A DNA stretch of 34,832 nt, taken from sequence record DRR378314_837. One strand, given 5' to 3'. The notes under the pieces are model-generated. The model was not told where the DNA came from. It was given only the letters and a program-made list of their open reading frames with translations, and did not search any database. The number at the start of each line of letters is the position of its first letter. The stretch's first letter is position 1. Below, piece by piece: positions 25,420-34,000 of this stretch. The translations under genes and the position numbers were made by a program.

Positions 25420-26622
25420 TTAAACGCGTTCAATCAGCGTGGCGATACCCTGACCCACGCCTACACACATGGTGCACAATGCATAGCGCTTGCCGCTGTT
25501 TTGCAGCTCATGAGCAGCGGTCATTAACAGGCGCGCACCGGACATACCCAGCGGGTGACCCAGGGCAATCGCGCCGCCGTTAGGGTTGACGCGTGGATCG
25601 TCGTCTTTAAGGCCCAAGTCACGCATGCAGGCCAGTGCCTGGGCAGCGAACGCTTCGTTGAACTCAAACACATCGATATCATCCATGGTGATACCAGTGC
25701 GTTTAAGCAGTTTTTGCACAGCAGGTACCGGACCATATCCCATGATGCGCGGCTCAACGCCGGCCGTGGCCATGCCAATAATTTTCGCCATCGGTGTCAG
25801 ACCATGCTGTTTAACCGCCGCGTCACTGGCCACCAGCATCGCCGCCGCACCGTCGTTAACGCCCGACGCATTGCCTGCGGTCACGCTACCGCCTTCACGG
25901 AACGGCGTAGGCAACCCTGCCAGTTTTTCCAGGGAGGTTTCCCGCAGATGCTCATCCTGATCAAAGATTAGCGGCGCCTGCTTGCGGCGGGGAATCTCGA
26001 TGGCGGTGATCTCTTGGGCAAAGCGCCCCGCTTTTTGGGCGGCAGCGGCTTTCTGCTGGGAGCGCAGAGCAAAAGCGTCCTGGTCTTCACGAGAGATAGC
26101 GAACTGCTCGGCGACGTTTTCGGCGGTTTCCGGCATCGAATCCACCCCAAACGCTTTCTTCATCAGCGGGTTGATAAAGCGCCAGCCGATGGTGGTATCT
26201 TCGATCTTTTGCCCGCGCGCAAAAGCGCCTTCAGCCTTGCCCATCACGTAGGGCGCTCGCGACATGGACTCCACGCCGCCTGCCAGTGCCAGCTCCATTT
26301 CGCCCGCTTTAATCGCGCGAAACGCGGTACCGACCGCGTCCATGCCCGAACCACACAGGCGGTTCATGGTTGTGCCGGGTACCGAGGTCGGGATGCCCGC
26401 CAGCAGCGACGACATACGTGCCACGTTGCGGTTGTCTTCACCGGCCTGGTTGGCGCAGCCCATAAACACTTCGTCAATGGCAGCAGGGTCAAGATCCGGC
26501 ACTTCCGCCAGTACGGCTTTAAAAATCGTCGCGGCGAAATCATCGGGGCGCACGCTGGCCAAGGTACCAGCGAAGCGGCCAACGGCAGTGCGGCGCGGGT
26601 GGCATAAATAGACATCACTCAT
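25420..26622 (-). CDS. pcaF: 3-oxoadipyl-CoA thiolase
   Basis: GCANQAGEDNRNVARM; NRLCGSG; DTTIGWRFINP; NEAFA; GHPLGMSG; TMCVGVGQG. Start ATG 26622 (400 aa). Confidence 0.96.
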   Translation of the reverse strand: MSDVYLCHPRRTAVGRFAGTLASVRPDDFAATIFKAVLAEVPDLDPAAIDEVFMGCANQAGEDNRNVARMSSLLAGIPTSVPGTTMNRLCGSGMDAVGTAFRAIKAGEMELALAGGVESMSRAPYVMGKAEGAFARGQKIEDTTIGWRFINPLMKKAFGVDSMPETAENVAEQFAISREDQDAFALRSQQKAAAAQKAGRFAQEITAIEIPRRKQAPLIFDQDEHLRETSLEKLAGLPTPFREGGSVTAGNASGVNDGAAAMLVASDAAVKQHGLTPMAKIIGMATAGVEPRIMGYGPVPAVQKLLKRTGITMDDIDVFEFNEAFAAQALACMRDLGLKDDDPRVNPNGGAIALGHPLGMSGARLLMTAAHELQNSGKRYALCTMCVGVGQGIATLIERV

Positions 26623-26632
26623 ACAAAGCTCC

Positions 26633-27406
26633 TTATTCACCCGCGTGGGCACGCTCGGTGCGTGCTTTCAGTTCGCGCAATATTTCAAGCTCGTTGGGGT
26701 TCGGTTCCGGCGTGCTCTCCAGCTGTTCGGCAAAGCGAATATCCCAACCGGTTGCGTCAATCACGTCTTCACGGGTGACGCCGGGGTGTAGCGAGACGAC
26801 GACCAGCTCTTTGGTGTCCGGGTCGGGCTTCATCACGCATAGGTCGGTAATGACCCGCGTGGGACCCTTGCCAATATTGGGAACGTTATCGCGTCCTTTG
26901 CCATCACGGCCAAAGCCTAGCGTGGTGACGAAGTCGACATCTTTCACAAACGCGCGCTTTGAGTGCTTCAGGGTAATAAACACTTCACCAGCGTTGGTGG
27001 CGATTTCCGGCGCACCGCCGCCGCCCGGCAAACGAACCTTGGGCGCTTTGTAATCACCGATCAACGTGGTGTTAAGGTTGGCAAAGCGGTCGATTTGCGC
27101 AGTGCCTAAAAAGCCCACGTTCACTTTGCCACCTTGTAACCAGTAACGGAACATCTCTGGCACGGCCACCGTGGTCAACGCTGATTCGCACAGCTCACCG
27201 TCACCAATAGAGAGCGGCAGAACCTCAGGCTTGGTTTGCAGGGTGCCGGACTCATAAATCAGCACGACCTCAGGCGCATGGGTTAGGCGTGCCAGGTTGG
27301 CGGCTTCAGAAGGTAGACCAATACCCACAAAGCAGGTCATGCCATTTTCTAACGCACGGGCAGCGGTCACAGTCATCATTTCAGAAGAGGTGTATTCCTG
27401 ACTCAT
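26633..27406 (-). CDS. pcaJ: 3-oxoadipate CoA-transferase subunit B (CatJ, glutaconate CoA-transferase type)
   Basis: CFVGIGLPSEAANLARLTHAPEVVLIYESG; RLPGGGGAPEIA. Start ATG 27406 overlaps the upstream stop (TAATG). Confidence 0.92.
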   Translation of the reverse strand: MSQEYTSSEMMTVTAARALENGMTCFVGIGLPSEAANLARLTHAPEVVLIYESGTLQTKPEVLPLSIGDGELCESALTTVAVPEMFRYWLQGGKVNVGFLGTAQIDRFANLNTTLIGDYKAPKVRLPGGGGAPEIATNAGEVFITLKHSKRAFVKDVDFVTTLGFGRDGKGRDNVPNIGKGPTRVITDLCVMKPDPDTKELVVVSLHPGVTREDVIDATGWDIRFAEQLESTPEPNPNELEILRELKARTERAHAGE

Positions 27407-28224
27407 TAGGCATGCTCCTCTGCACCGTAGATATTCTTGTCGATCCATTGCGTAAAGGTATCGCGGTCACGAGCAATGGCATCCCACTCTTTATAGAAGC
27501 GGTTGCTGCGACCGTAGTAGCCATGGGTATACGAAGGCAGCGCGCCCTTTTCTGCCACGGCAACAGCACTAATCGCCCAGCCAGGAATCACACAAGCATT
27601 GGGATGAGCGTTCAGGTCATCGACAATCTCTTCCACGGTGACAATGCTGTGCTTAGCAGCCAACACCGCCTCTTTCTGTACGCCAACAATACCTTCCACC
27701 AGCACATTACCTTGTCGATCCGCCCGCTGGGCGTGAATGATCGACACATCCGGCCGCACAGAAGGAACCGCCGCTAGGCGTTCACCGGTAAACGGGCACT
27801 CAATAAATTTGATTTGATCATTCACGCTCGGCAGCTCGCTACCGACATAGCCACGCAGCACAGCCATTGGCAGGCCAGCAGCCCCAGCCTCAAAGGCGCA
27901 GGCCATCGCGGCATGACTGTGCTCAAGAATCTCAATTTTGCACGGCCAGCCTTTCTCAACCGCATCGCGCAGTCGATGCAGCGAGCCCACGCCGGGATTA
28001 CCGCCCCAGGAGAAGATCACCTTTTTAGCACAGCCCGCGCCAATCATTTGGTCGTAGATGATATCGGGGGTCATACGGATCAGCGTCAGGTCGCGCTTTT
28101 TCTGACGGATCACTTCGTGACCCGCGGCAAACGGAATCAGGTGGGTAAAGCCCTCCATGGCAACGGTGGCGCCATCTTCGACGTAGCGCGCTACCGCGTC
28201 ATGCAAGCTCAAGAACTCAGCCAT
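27406..28224 (-). CDS. pcaI: 3-oxoadipate CoA-transferase subunit A (CatI type)
   Basis: EGFTHLIPFAAGHE; RMTPD; FSWGGNPGVGSLHRLRDA; CPFTGE; HAQRADRQGN. AGGAG RBS before ATG 28224. Confidence 0.92.
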   Translation of the reverse strand: MAEFLSLHDAVARYVEDGATVAMEGFTHLIPFAAGHEVIRQKKRDLTLIRMTPDIIYDQMIGAGCAKKVIFSWGGNPGVGSLHRLRDAVEKGWPCKIEILEHSHAAMACAFEAGAAGLPMAVLRGYVGSELPSVNDQIKFIECPFTGERLAAVPSVRPDVSIIHAQRADRQGNVLVEGIVGVQKEAVLAAKHSIVTVEEIVDDLNAHPNACVIPGWAISAVAVAEKGALPSYTHGYYGRSNRFYKEWDAIARDRDTFTQWIDKNIYGAEEHA

Positions 28225-28252
28225 AGGTCTCCTCCTGGCAGTGACTCTCGAC

Positions 28253-28290
28253 AAGTTCGAATAACGAACTTTGTTTTGTATTGCGAACAA
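28253..28290. promoter_or_regulatory. Tandem PcaR-type boxes in the pcaI promoter
   Basis: Perfect AAGTTCG-AATAA-CGAACTT (28253-28271) abutting degenerate TTGTTTTGTATTGCGAACAA; matches the GTTCG-N5-CGAAC core of PcaR/PobR/PcaU operators. Confidence 0.75.
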
Positions 28291-28337
28291 TTTACTCCCG
28301 TCATATTCACTCGTCAAACCCCACCAAGCACGCATAC

Positions 28338-28361
28338 AAAAGGGGAGGCTAAGCCTCCCCT
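28338..28361 (-). terminator. Intrinsic terminator (- strand) upstream of the pcaI promoter
   Basis: - strand AGGGGAGGC-TTA-GCCTCCCCT-TTT. Confidence 0.8.
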
Positions 28362-28555
28362 CTCATTAATATCGGTAAAAACCCTATTATTTCAGATAAT
28401 TATTCATTCTTAAGCCAGGCAGATGCACGCGCTACTTGGCGTAAGCTACTACCAAGGTATAGCGTCGGGTCACAAGCGTTACGCAGCTTTTCATGAAGGA
28501 GATATCTTTATGGTCTTTGCACTGCTTTTTGCCCTCGTACGGCTTCGCGTACCGT

Positions 28556-28999
28556 TTAAACGCAGGATTTTATAATGGCGTTTAAAGCGGCCTCGTAACC
28601 CTCTGTCCCAAGCCCCGCAATGACCCCATCTGCCCGCTGCGAGACATAGGAGTGATGACGGAAGCTTTCGCGTTTATGGACATTTGAGATATGCACCTCA
28701 ATGACCCTACCCTCAAAGGCATTAAGCGCATCCAGGATAGCGACAGATGTATGGGTATAGGCGGCCGGGTTTATGATGATAGCCAGCGTGCCATCGAGAC
28801 GCGCCGCATGAATGGCGTCAATCAATTCGCCCTCGTGATTGCTTTGAAAACAGCTGATATCCCAGCCCTGTCTCTCAGCTGTTTCAGCCAAAGCGTTATT
28901 AACATCGTCTAGCGTCTCATAGCCGTAAACGTCTGGTTGGCGAACGCCTAAAAGATTTAAATTAGGTCCGTGAAGGACCGTTACTTTTGGTTGTCCCAC
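28556..28999 (-). CDS. aroQ: Type II 3-dehydroquinate dehydratase
   Basis: [77 protein letters not shown] start. Confidence 0.97.
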   Translation of the reverse strand: MGQPKVTVLHGPNLNLLGVRQPDVYGYETLDDVNNALAETAERQGWDISCFQSNHEGELIDAIHAARLDGTLAIIINPAAYTHTSVAILDALNAFEGRVIEVHISNVHKRESFRHHSYVSQRADGVIAGLGTEGYEAALNAIIKSCV

Positions 29000-29106
29000 T
29001 GCTTGTCTCCTTTCGTGGCATTACGTCACCGTCGGAAGTCGTTATGCCTATAATAACGTGTCGTTGAGTGCTTAATCTGTCTTTATAATGTCTAAAAATC
29101 GTTCAA

Positions 29107-29125
29107 TTGGTCGCTATTTGAACAA
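29107..29125. promoter_or_regulatory. Degenerate PcaR-type box between aroQ and the pcaR-like remnant
   Basis: TTGGTCG-CTATT-TGAACAA, 2 mismatches to TTGTTCG-N5-CGAACAA. Confidence 0.5.
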
Positions 29126-29176
29126 CATACTATATTGGCTATGTGCTAGTAAGGTTATTTCAGCGAGGGGGCACTG

Positions 29177-29248
29177 ATGGAGGAAAAAGGCTAAAATGAG
29201 ATGCTAAAACCTGATGACCGCGGCTTCGTAACGGCGATCATCCGTTAA
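29177..29248 (+). pseudogene. pcaR: 5' remnant of a PcaR/PobR-like IclR regulator
   Basis: GAGGGG RBS, then in frame MEEKG*NEMLKPDDRGFVTAIIR*. DRxFVTA is the N-terminal motif of PcaR-type IclRs (compare DRQFVTALARGL in the gene at 34100). It has an internal stop and is truncated. Confidence 0.6.
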
Positions 29249-29384
29249 ACCAGCCAAGCAAGCCGCCTGTGTCAAACGCTCAACTAGACGGCTCGCCATA
29301 AACAGCTGGATATAAGCTTGTATCAAACAGCCAGCCACACAAAAGAGTGGCGATAGACTGTCTATTAGATCTGAAAACTATTCC

Positions 29385-30116
29385 TCACTTCATTTCAAAG
29401 CCTTTATCAATAAGAAATTCTTGCATATGCGAACGCAGCTTTTGATTAAAAAGTGGGGCTAAACTCTGAGACCAGTCTGAAACTTTATTTCCCCCTTTGC
29501 GGGTCTGGTAATAGTGATGCATGGTGAGATTAAAAGCATTCACATGCTCTGAATCATCACTGTATCTGTTCTTTTTAACGATAGCTTCAACGGGTAACCG
29601 CGGCTTAATATCCGGATCTTGTGCAGGATAACCAATACACATACCAAAGACAGGGTATACATGGTGTGGCAAACTTAGCAGTTCGCTCACGGCTTGTGGA
29701 TTATTGCGTATACCTCCTATGTAGCAAATTCCTAGCCCTTCTGACTCCGCCGCAATCGCGATGTTTTGTGCTACCAGTGAAACGTCTACCGTAGCAACCA
29801 AAAGCTGCTCGGTCATACCACTAACGACGTTTTCTCCTGTGCTTTTCGCCGCTTCAAGTGGGCGCTTCATATCGGCACAAAAAACTAGGAAATCACTGCT
29901 GCTCGCTACGTATTTTTGCCCACCTGTCAGCTCGACTAACTGGTCGCGTAAATGCATATCGGTGACATGTATTATGCTATATGCCTGTATATGGCTGGAG
30001 GTTGCTGCTGCTTGCCCTGTACGAATCAGCTCTATCAATAACTCCGGCGAAATTTCCCGCTCTTCAAACTTTCTAATTGAGCGATGAGATTTCAATAACT
30101 TAATCGTGTCGTTCAT
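29385..30116 (-). CDS. nfsA: Oxygen-insensitive NADPH nitroreductase / flavin reductase (NfsA/Frp family)
   Basis: MNDTIKLLKSHRSIRKF; AATSSHIQAYSII; GGQKYV; LVFCAD; AESEGLGICYIGGIRN; KPRLP. Start ATG 30116 (243 aa). Confidence 0.93.
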   Translation of the reverse strand: MNDTIKLLKSHRSIRKFEEREISPELLIELIRTGQAAATSSHIQAYSIIHVTDMHLRDQLVELTGGQKYVASSSDFLVFCADMKRPLEAAKSTGENVVSGMTEQLLVATVDVSLVAQNIAIAAESEGLGICYIGGIRNNPQAVSELLSLPHHVYPVFGMCIGYPAQDPDIKPRLPVEAIVKKNRYSDDSEHVNAFNLTMHHYYQTRKGGNKVSDWSQSLAPLFNQKLRSHMQEFLIDKGFEMK

Positions 30117-30156
30117 TATGCACGCCCATCTAATAATATTTAATTGGTGTTTAACA

Positions 30157-30234
30157 TTACAGCTTACCCTTGAGCCCTGGCAGAACCTCGCAAAGATCAC
30201 CCACCAAGCCGTCGTCGGCGACTTGGAGGCATGG
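30157..30234 (-). pseudogene. etfA: 3' remnant of electron transfer flavoprotein alpha subunit
   Basis: - strand reads PCLQVADDGLVGDLCEVLPGLKGKL*, matching the EtfA C-terminus pattern [21 protein letters not shown]. There is no start codon, and it abuts the CoA-transferase stop. Confidence 0.8.
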
Positions 30235-30235
30235 G

Positions 30236-31459
30236 TTACCCTAGTACGCCGTCATTTTTCAACTGCGATAACTGCTCTGGCGAAAGACCAAGATACTCGG
30301 CGAGTACATCGTTAGTATCTTGTCCCAGCAGTGGTGCTGGTCTTCGGTACTCTACGGGCGTGTCGGAAAGGTGAATTGGGCTACCCACCATCTTGAAGTC
30401 AGGATTCAGAGAATGGGGGATATTGACCAGCATGCCACGGGCATCCACCTGGGGCTCTGCTAGTGCGTCGGCAATGTCGTTAATTAGCCCGACCGGTACC
30501 CTGGCGTTGCTGATTTTTTTTACCCACGCTTCCGCTGTATCGCGTTTAAAATGTTCTGAGAGAATCTGGGTGATCGCATCTCTATTTCTGACCCGACTTT
30601 CATTTTTTGAAAACCGAGGATCAGCAGAAAGCTCTGGCAACCCAATAGCGCTGGACAGCGCGGCAAACTGAGAATCGTTGCCACAAGCAATAATGAAGTC
30701 CTTATCACTGGCACGAAAGGAGTTGTAAGGCACAATGTTGGCATGCGCATTACCATAGCGCCCAGGTGAAACGCCTGTGCTTAAATAGTTCTGGCTCTGG
30801 TTGCCTAATGCCGCCACCTGCACATCCAGCAGCGCCATGTCGCAATGCTGGCCGCGACCAGATTTTTCACGTGCCAGTAGCGCAGCCTGAATGGCAATAA
30901 CCGAGTAAAGCCCTGTCATCACATCGGTGACAGCCACCCCTACTTTCTGCGCGCCGCCACCCTGAACGCCATCACGCTCCCCGGTGATGCTCATGAGCCC
31001 ACCCATTCCCTGGATAATGAAATCATAGCCAGGTTCCTGCGCGCGAGGCCCTGTCTGGCCAAACCCCGTAATGGAGCAGTAGATTAATCTCGGATTGAGA
31101 TTGGAGAGTGATTCATAATCCAACCCATACTTCTTTAGGGAGCCCGCTTTGAAGTTCTCGACCAGCACGTCGCTCTCAGCCGCCAGTGCACGAACAACTT
31201 CCTGCCCTTTTTCGGTGGTAATATCGACAGCCACCGAGCGCTTATTGCGATTGGAGGATTGGTAATACGAGGTTTCCGGAGTCTCGTTACCCTGAGTATC
31301 TTTCATGTATGGCGGGCCCCAAGCACGCGTGTCATCGCCTCGCCCTACGCGCTCTACCTTGACGACATCCGCGCCAAGATCGGCCAATACTTGGCTGCAC
31401 CAGGGGCCAGCCAATACTCGGCTTAGGTCAAGCACACGAATTCCCGTCAGTGCTCCCAT
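30236..31459 (-). CDS. CaiB/BaiF (family III) CoA-transferase
   Basis: LTGIRVLDLSRVLAGPWCSQVLADLGADVVKVE; GDDTRAWGPP; NRNKRS; DVLVENF; PGYDFIIQGMGGLMSITG; VTDVMTG (catalytic Asp). Confidence 0.95.
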   Translation of the reverse strand: MGALTGIRVLDLSRVLAGPWCSQVLADLGADVVKVERVGRGDDTRAWGPPYMKDTQGNETPETSYYQSSNRNKRSVAVDITTEKGQEVVRALAAESDVLVENFKAGSLKKYGLDYESLSNLNPRLIYCSITGFGQTGPRAQEPGYDFIIQGMGGLMSITGERDGVQGGGAQKVGVAVTDVMTGLYSVIAIQAALLAREKSGRGQHCDMALLDVQVAALGNQSQNYLSTGVSPGRYGNAHANIVPYNSFRASDKDFIIACGNDSQFAALSSAIGLPELSADPRFSKNESRVRNRDAITQILSEHFKRDTAEAWVKKISNARVPVGLINDIADALAEPQVDARGMLVNIPHSLNPDFKMVGSPIHLSDTPVEYRRPAPLLGQDTNDVLAEYLGLSPEQLSQLKNDGVLG

Positions 31460-31499
31460 GACACCCACCTCGTTTCAACTAACATAATCAACCTCAACA

Positions 31500-33029
31500 T
31501 CACCGAACACTCGGTGCTTCATGTAACAGTGATAGGCCAAGCGTTGCTCGACGCCGCAGCCACGGGCTTGGCCTATAGCGAGGATCTCCCGTTAAGGCAG
31601 TGATGCGCTCAAGAATGGCAAGCAACCTCTTCGGGCCTAACGCATCTCCCCATGCCAACGGTCCATAGGGATAATTAAGTCCCAATCTAACGGCATTATC
31701 GATATCGGTAGGCGTGGCAATCCCACGCTGAGCAATATCACAGGCTAGATTAACCACTGCGGCCAGCACACGTTGAGAGACAAACCCCACGCTGTCACGA
31801 ATCACGGTCACTGCGGTTCCATCAGAGGCCAATAATGCGTGAGCAGCGTCGCACATCTGCTGTCGCGTGACGGGTGTCATCATCAGTGTGCGATGCCGCT
31901 CCAGCCCCATAAATGCGTCGAGGCAGAGTGTGCGTTCAGGGTCGACACCGAAATACGCACTCGCACTCACCGCATCATCACCAAAGGGCAGTAGTAAACA
32001 GAGCGCTTCTTCCGATGGTGAATCTGTCCTTTCCACTCGTCCGCCAAGCGACACCAGCAGTGACACGACCTGCTCACGTAGGTCGATGTCCTCGCATCCC
32101 ACCCAGAACGGCGGGAAATCACTGATCGTGGGCACAGACTGTGGCGCCAGCGCGGCGATTTTTTGTCCACCTTCATAGCGATAAAAGCCCACTCCCGTCT
32201 TGCGGCCCAGGCGATTCCCTTTCAGCATTTGCCGGGATATATAAGAAGGCCTATAACGCGGGTCGTGATAGAACTGCGTGAAAATCGACTCCATTGCAGG
32301 ATGCGAAACATCGAGGCCAGTCAAATCAAAAAGTTCGAGTGGCCCCATTCGGAAACCAGCCTCCTCGCGAAGAATCCGGTCGATATCGTCAACCGGCGCC
32401 ACCTGCTCTTCTAAAATCTTCAGGCCTTCCGTGCTGTAGGCACGTCCAGCATGATTGACAATAAAGCCAGGGGAGTCCTGGGCACGCACACCTGCATGTC
32501 CAAGTTGGCTTGCCAGCTCCAGCAGTGTATTAACGACAGCTTCATCGGTATTGACTCCCCCGATCACCTCGACGACCTTCATCAGCGGAACAGGATTGAA
32601 GAAGTGGAAACCAGCCATCCGACCAGGATAAGTTAGCTCCGCAGCAATAGCGGTGACCGACAGTGAAGAGGTATTGGTAGCGAGGATACAATCTCGCGAA
32701 ACGATCGCTTCGAGGTCGCCAAATAAGCGTTGCTTGATTCCCAGATCCTCGATGATTGCCTCAATAACCACATCGCAATCCGCAAAAGACTTCATCGATT
32801 CGGCGATGGTAAGAAGCGACAAAGCGGCTCCAGCAGACTCCCGCGATACTTTGCCCTTGCTAACCAATTTATCGAACGTTCCTTGCAAACCATCACGTGC
32901 AGCACGGGCTTCCCCATCGCGGCTATCAAACAGCACGACCTCCAGCCCTGCCTGCGCAGCGATCTGGGCTATTCCAGCCCCCATCACTCCTGTGCCGACA
33001 ATCCCCAGCCGGTTCACTTTTCTCGCCAT
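31500..33029 (-). CDS. 3-hydroxyacyl-CoA dehydrogenase, long PaaH/DcaH type
   Basis: GTGVMGAGIAQ; EAIIEDL; NTSSLS; HFFNPVPLMKVVEV; PGFIVNHAGR; duplicated C-domain ending RYRPSPWLRRRA; 509 aa. Confidence 0.93.
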   Translation of the reverse strand: MARKVNRLGIVGTGVMGAGIAQIAAQAGLEVVLFDSRDGEARAARDGLQGTFDKLVSKGKVSRESAGAALSLLTIAESMKSFADCDVVIEAIIEDLGIKQRLFGDLEAIVSRDCILATNTSSLSVTAIAAELTYPGRMAGFHFFNPVPLMKVVEVIGGVNTDEAVVNTLLELASQLGHAGVRAQDSPGFIVNHAGRAYSTEGLKILEEQVAPVDDIDRILREEAGFRMGPLELFDLTGLDVSHPAMESIFTQFYHDPRYRPSYISRQMLKGNRLGRKTGVGFYRYEGGQKIAALAPQSVPTISDFPPFWVGCEDIDLREQVVSLLVSLGGRVERTDSPSEEALCLLLPFGDDAVSASAYFGVDPERTLCLDAFMGLERHRTLMMTPVTRQQMCDAAHALLASDGTAVTVIRDSVGFVSQRVLAAVVNLACDIAQRGIATPTDIDNAVRLGLNYPYGPLAWGDALGPKRLLAILERITALTGDPRYRPSPWLRRRATLGLSLLHEAPSVR

Positions 33030-33820
33030 TAGGGTTCTCCTCGGTAGCTCGGTTTGCGCTTCTCGATAAAGGCAGCAGCCCCCTCTTTCTGATCCACAGT
33101 GTCAAAAAGCAGCTGAAAAGCTTTACGTTCAAGAACCAAAGCGCTCTCTATGGGCAGATCAGCCCCCATGAGCACCGTTTCTTTGATGTGCTCTAGCGCT
33201 AGAGCAGGCAAATGCGCGATTTCTTGTGCCAGTACTGTGGCGCGTTCCAGTGTCCGATCATCACTCACCACTTCGCTAACCAGTCCCATGGCCAACGCCT
33301 CTGCCGCTGATACCATGCAGCCGGTCATCAGCATGCGCATGGCCTGAAATTTCCCCACTGCTCGTACTAGCCGTTGTGTCCCACCTGCGCCAGGCATTAG
33401 ACCCAGCTTGACCTCTGGCTGCCCAAACCGTGCCGACTCCCCCGCGATGATGATGTCGCAGTGCATGGCAAGCTCACAGCCACCTCCCAGAGCAAACCCA
33501 TTAACTGCGGCGATCACTGGCTTAGGACAGCGTGCCACCGGCTCCCAGAAACGCTCATTGTGGCGTAGATGCATTTCGGTCGGAGAGGCTTCAGCAAACT
33601 CCTTTACATCAGCACCTGCAACAAACACCTGCTCGCCCCCGGTCAGTACAATGACTCTCACCTCATCCTGCCGAGTTAGAGACGAAAAAAGCTCGGCTAA
33701 CTGGCACCTCACCGTTCCATTGAGAGCATTCTTGGCATGCGGCCGATCAATACGAACCACCGCCACCCCATCATCAAGCGAGGCAAGATAGACCTCGGAA
33801 GAGCGCTGTTTGTTTATCAT
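33029..33820 (-). CDS. Enoyl-CoA hydratase (crotonase; DcaE/PaaF-like)
   Basis: RPHAKNALN; FVAGADV; KPVIAAVNGFALGGGCELAMHCD; FGQPEVKLGLMPGAGGTQRL (both catalytic Glu). Start taken at ATG 33820. Confidence 0.95.
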   Translation of the reverse strand: MINKQRSSEVYLASLDDGVAVVRIDRPHAKNALNGTVRCQLAELFSSLTRQDEVRVIVLTGGEQVFVAGADVKEFAEASPTEMHLRHNERFWEPVARCPKPVIAAVNGFALGGGCELAMHCDIIIAGESARFGQPEVKLGLMPGAGGTQRLVRAVGKFQAMRMLMTGCMVSAAEALAMGLVSEVVSDDRTLERATVLAQEIAHLPALALEHIKETVLMGADLPIESALVLERKAFQLLFDTVDQKEGAAAFIEKRKPSYRGEP

Positions 33821-33839
33821 GCAAAATTTCGCCACCAAT

Positions 33840-33860
33840 AATGTCCGCATTACGGACAAA
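33840..33860. promoter_or_regulatory. IclR-type operator 1
   Basis: AATGTCCG-CATTA-CGGACAAA (TGTCCG-N5-CGGACA), about 20 bp before the hydratase start. Confidence 0.7.
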
Positions 33861-34000
33861 TGTTTTGATAATAGATAAAACTTACACAGCTTTTGGAATA
33901 ACTGTCAATCTGTCGAAAAACAACCATAGTAAAAATACATACTTATCAAATATTTATAATCAATACGTAATTTCTAAAACGCTCTATATTGCAACATAAA

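Noticed and set aside
26014-28413. Long antisense ORFs (26014-26607, 27289-27777, 27814-28413 and similar)
   Set aside because: They are shadow frames opposite well-supported pca genes, with no motifs of their own.
29385-30200. N-terminally extended NfsA (271 aa) as given in the track
   Set aside because: Family similarity starts at MNDTIKLL (30116); the extension reads through the etfA scar in another frame.
30106-30315. Track ORF of 69 aa on the + strand
   Set aside because: It is the antisense shadow of the etfA remnant and the CoA-transferase 3' end.
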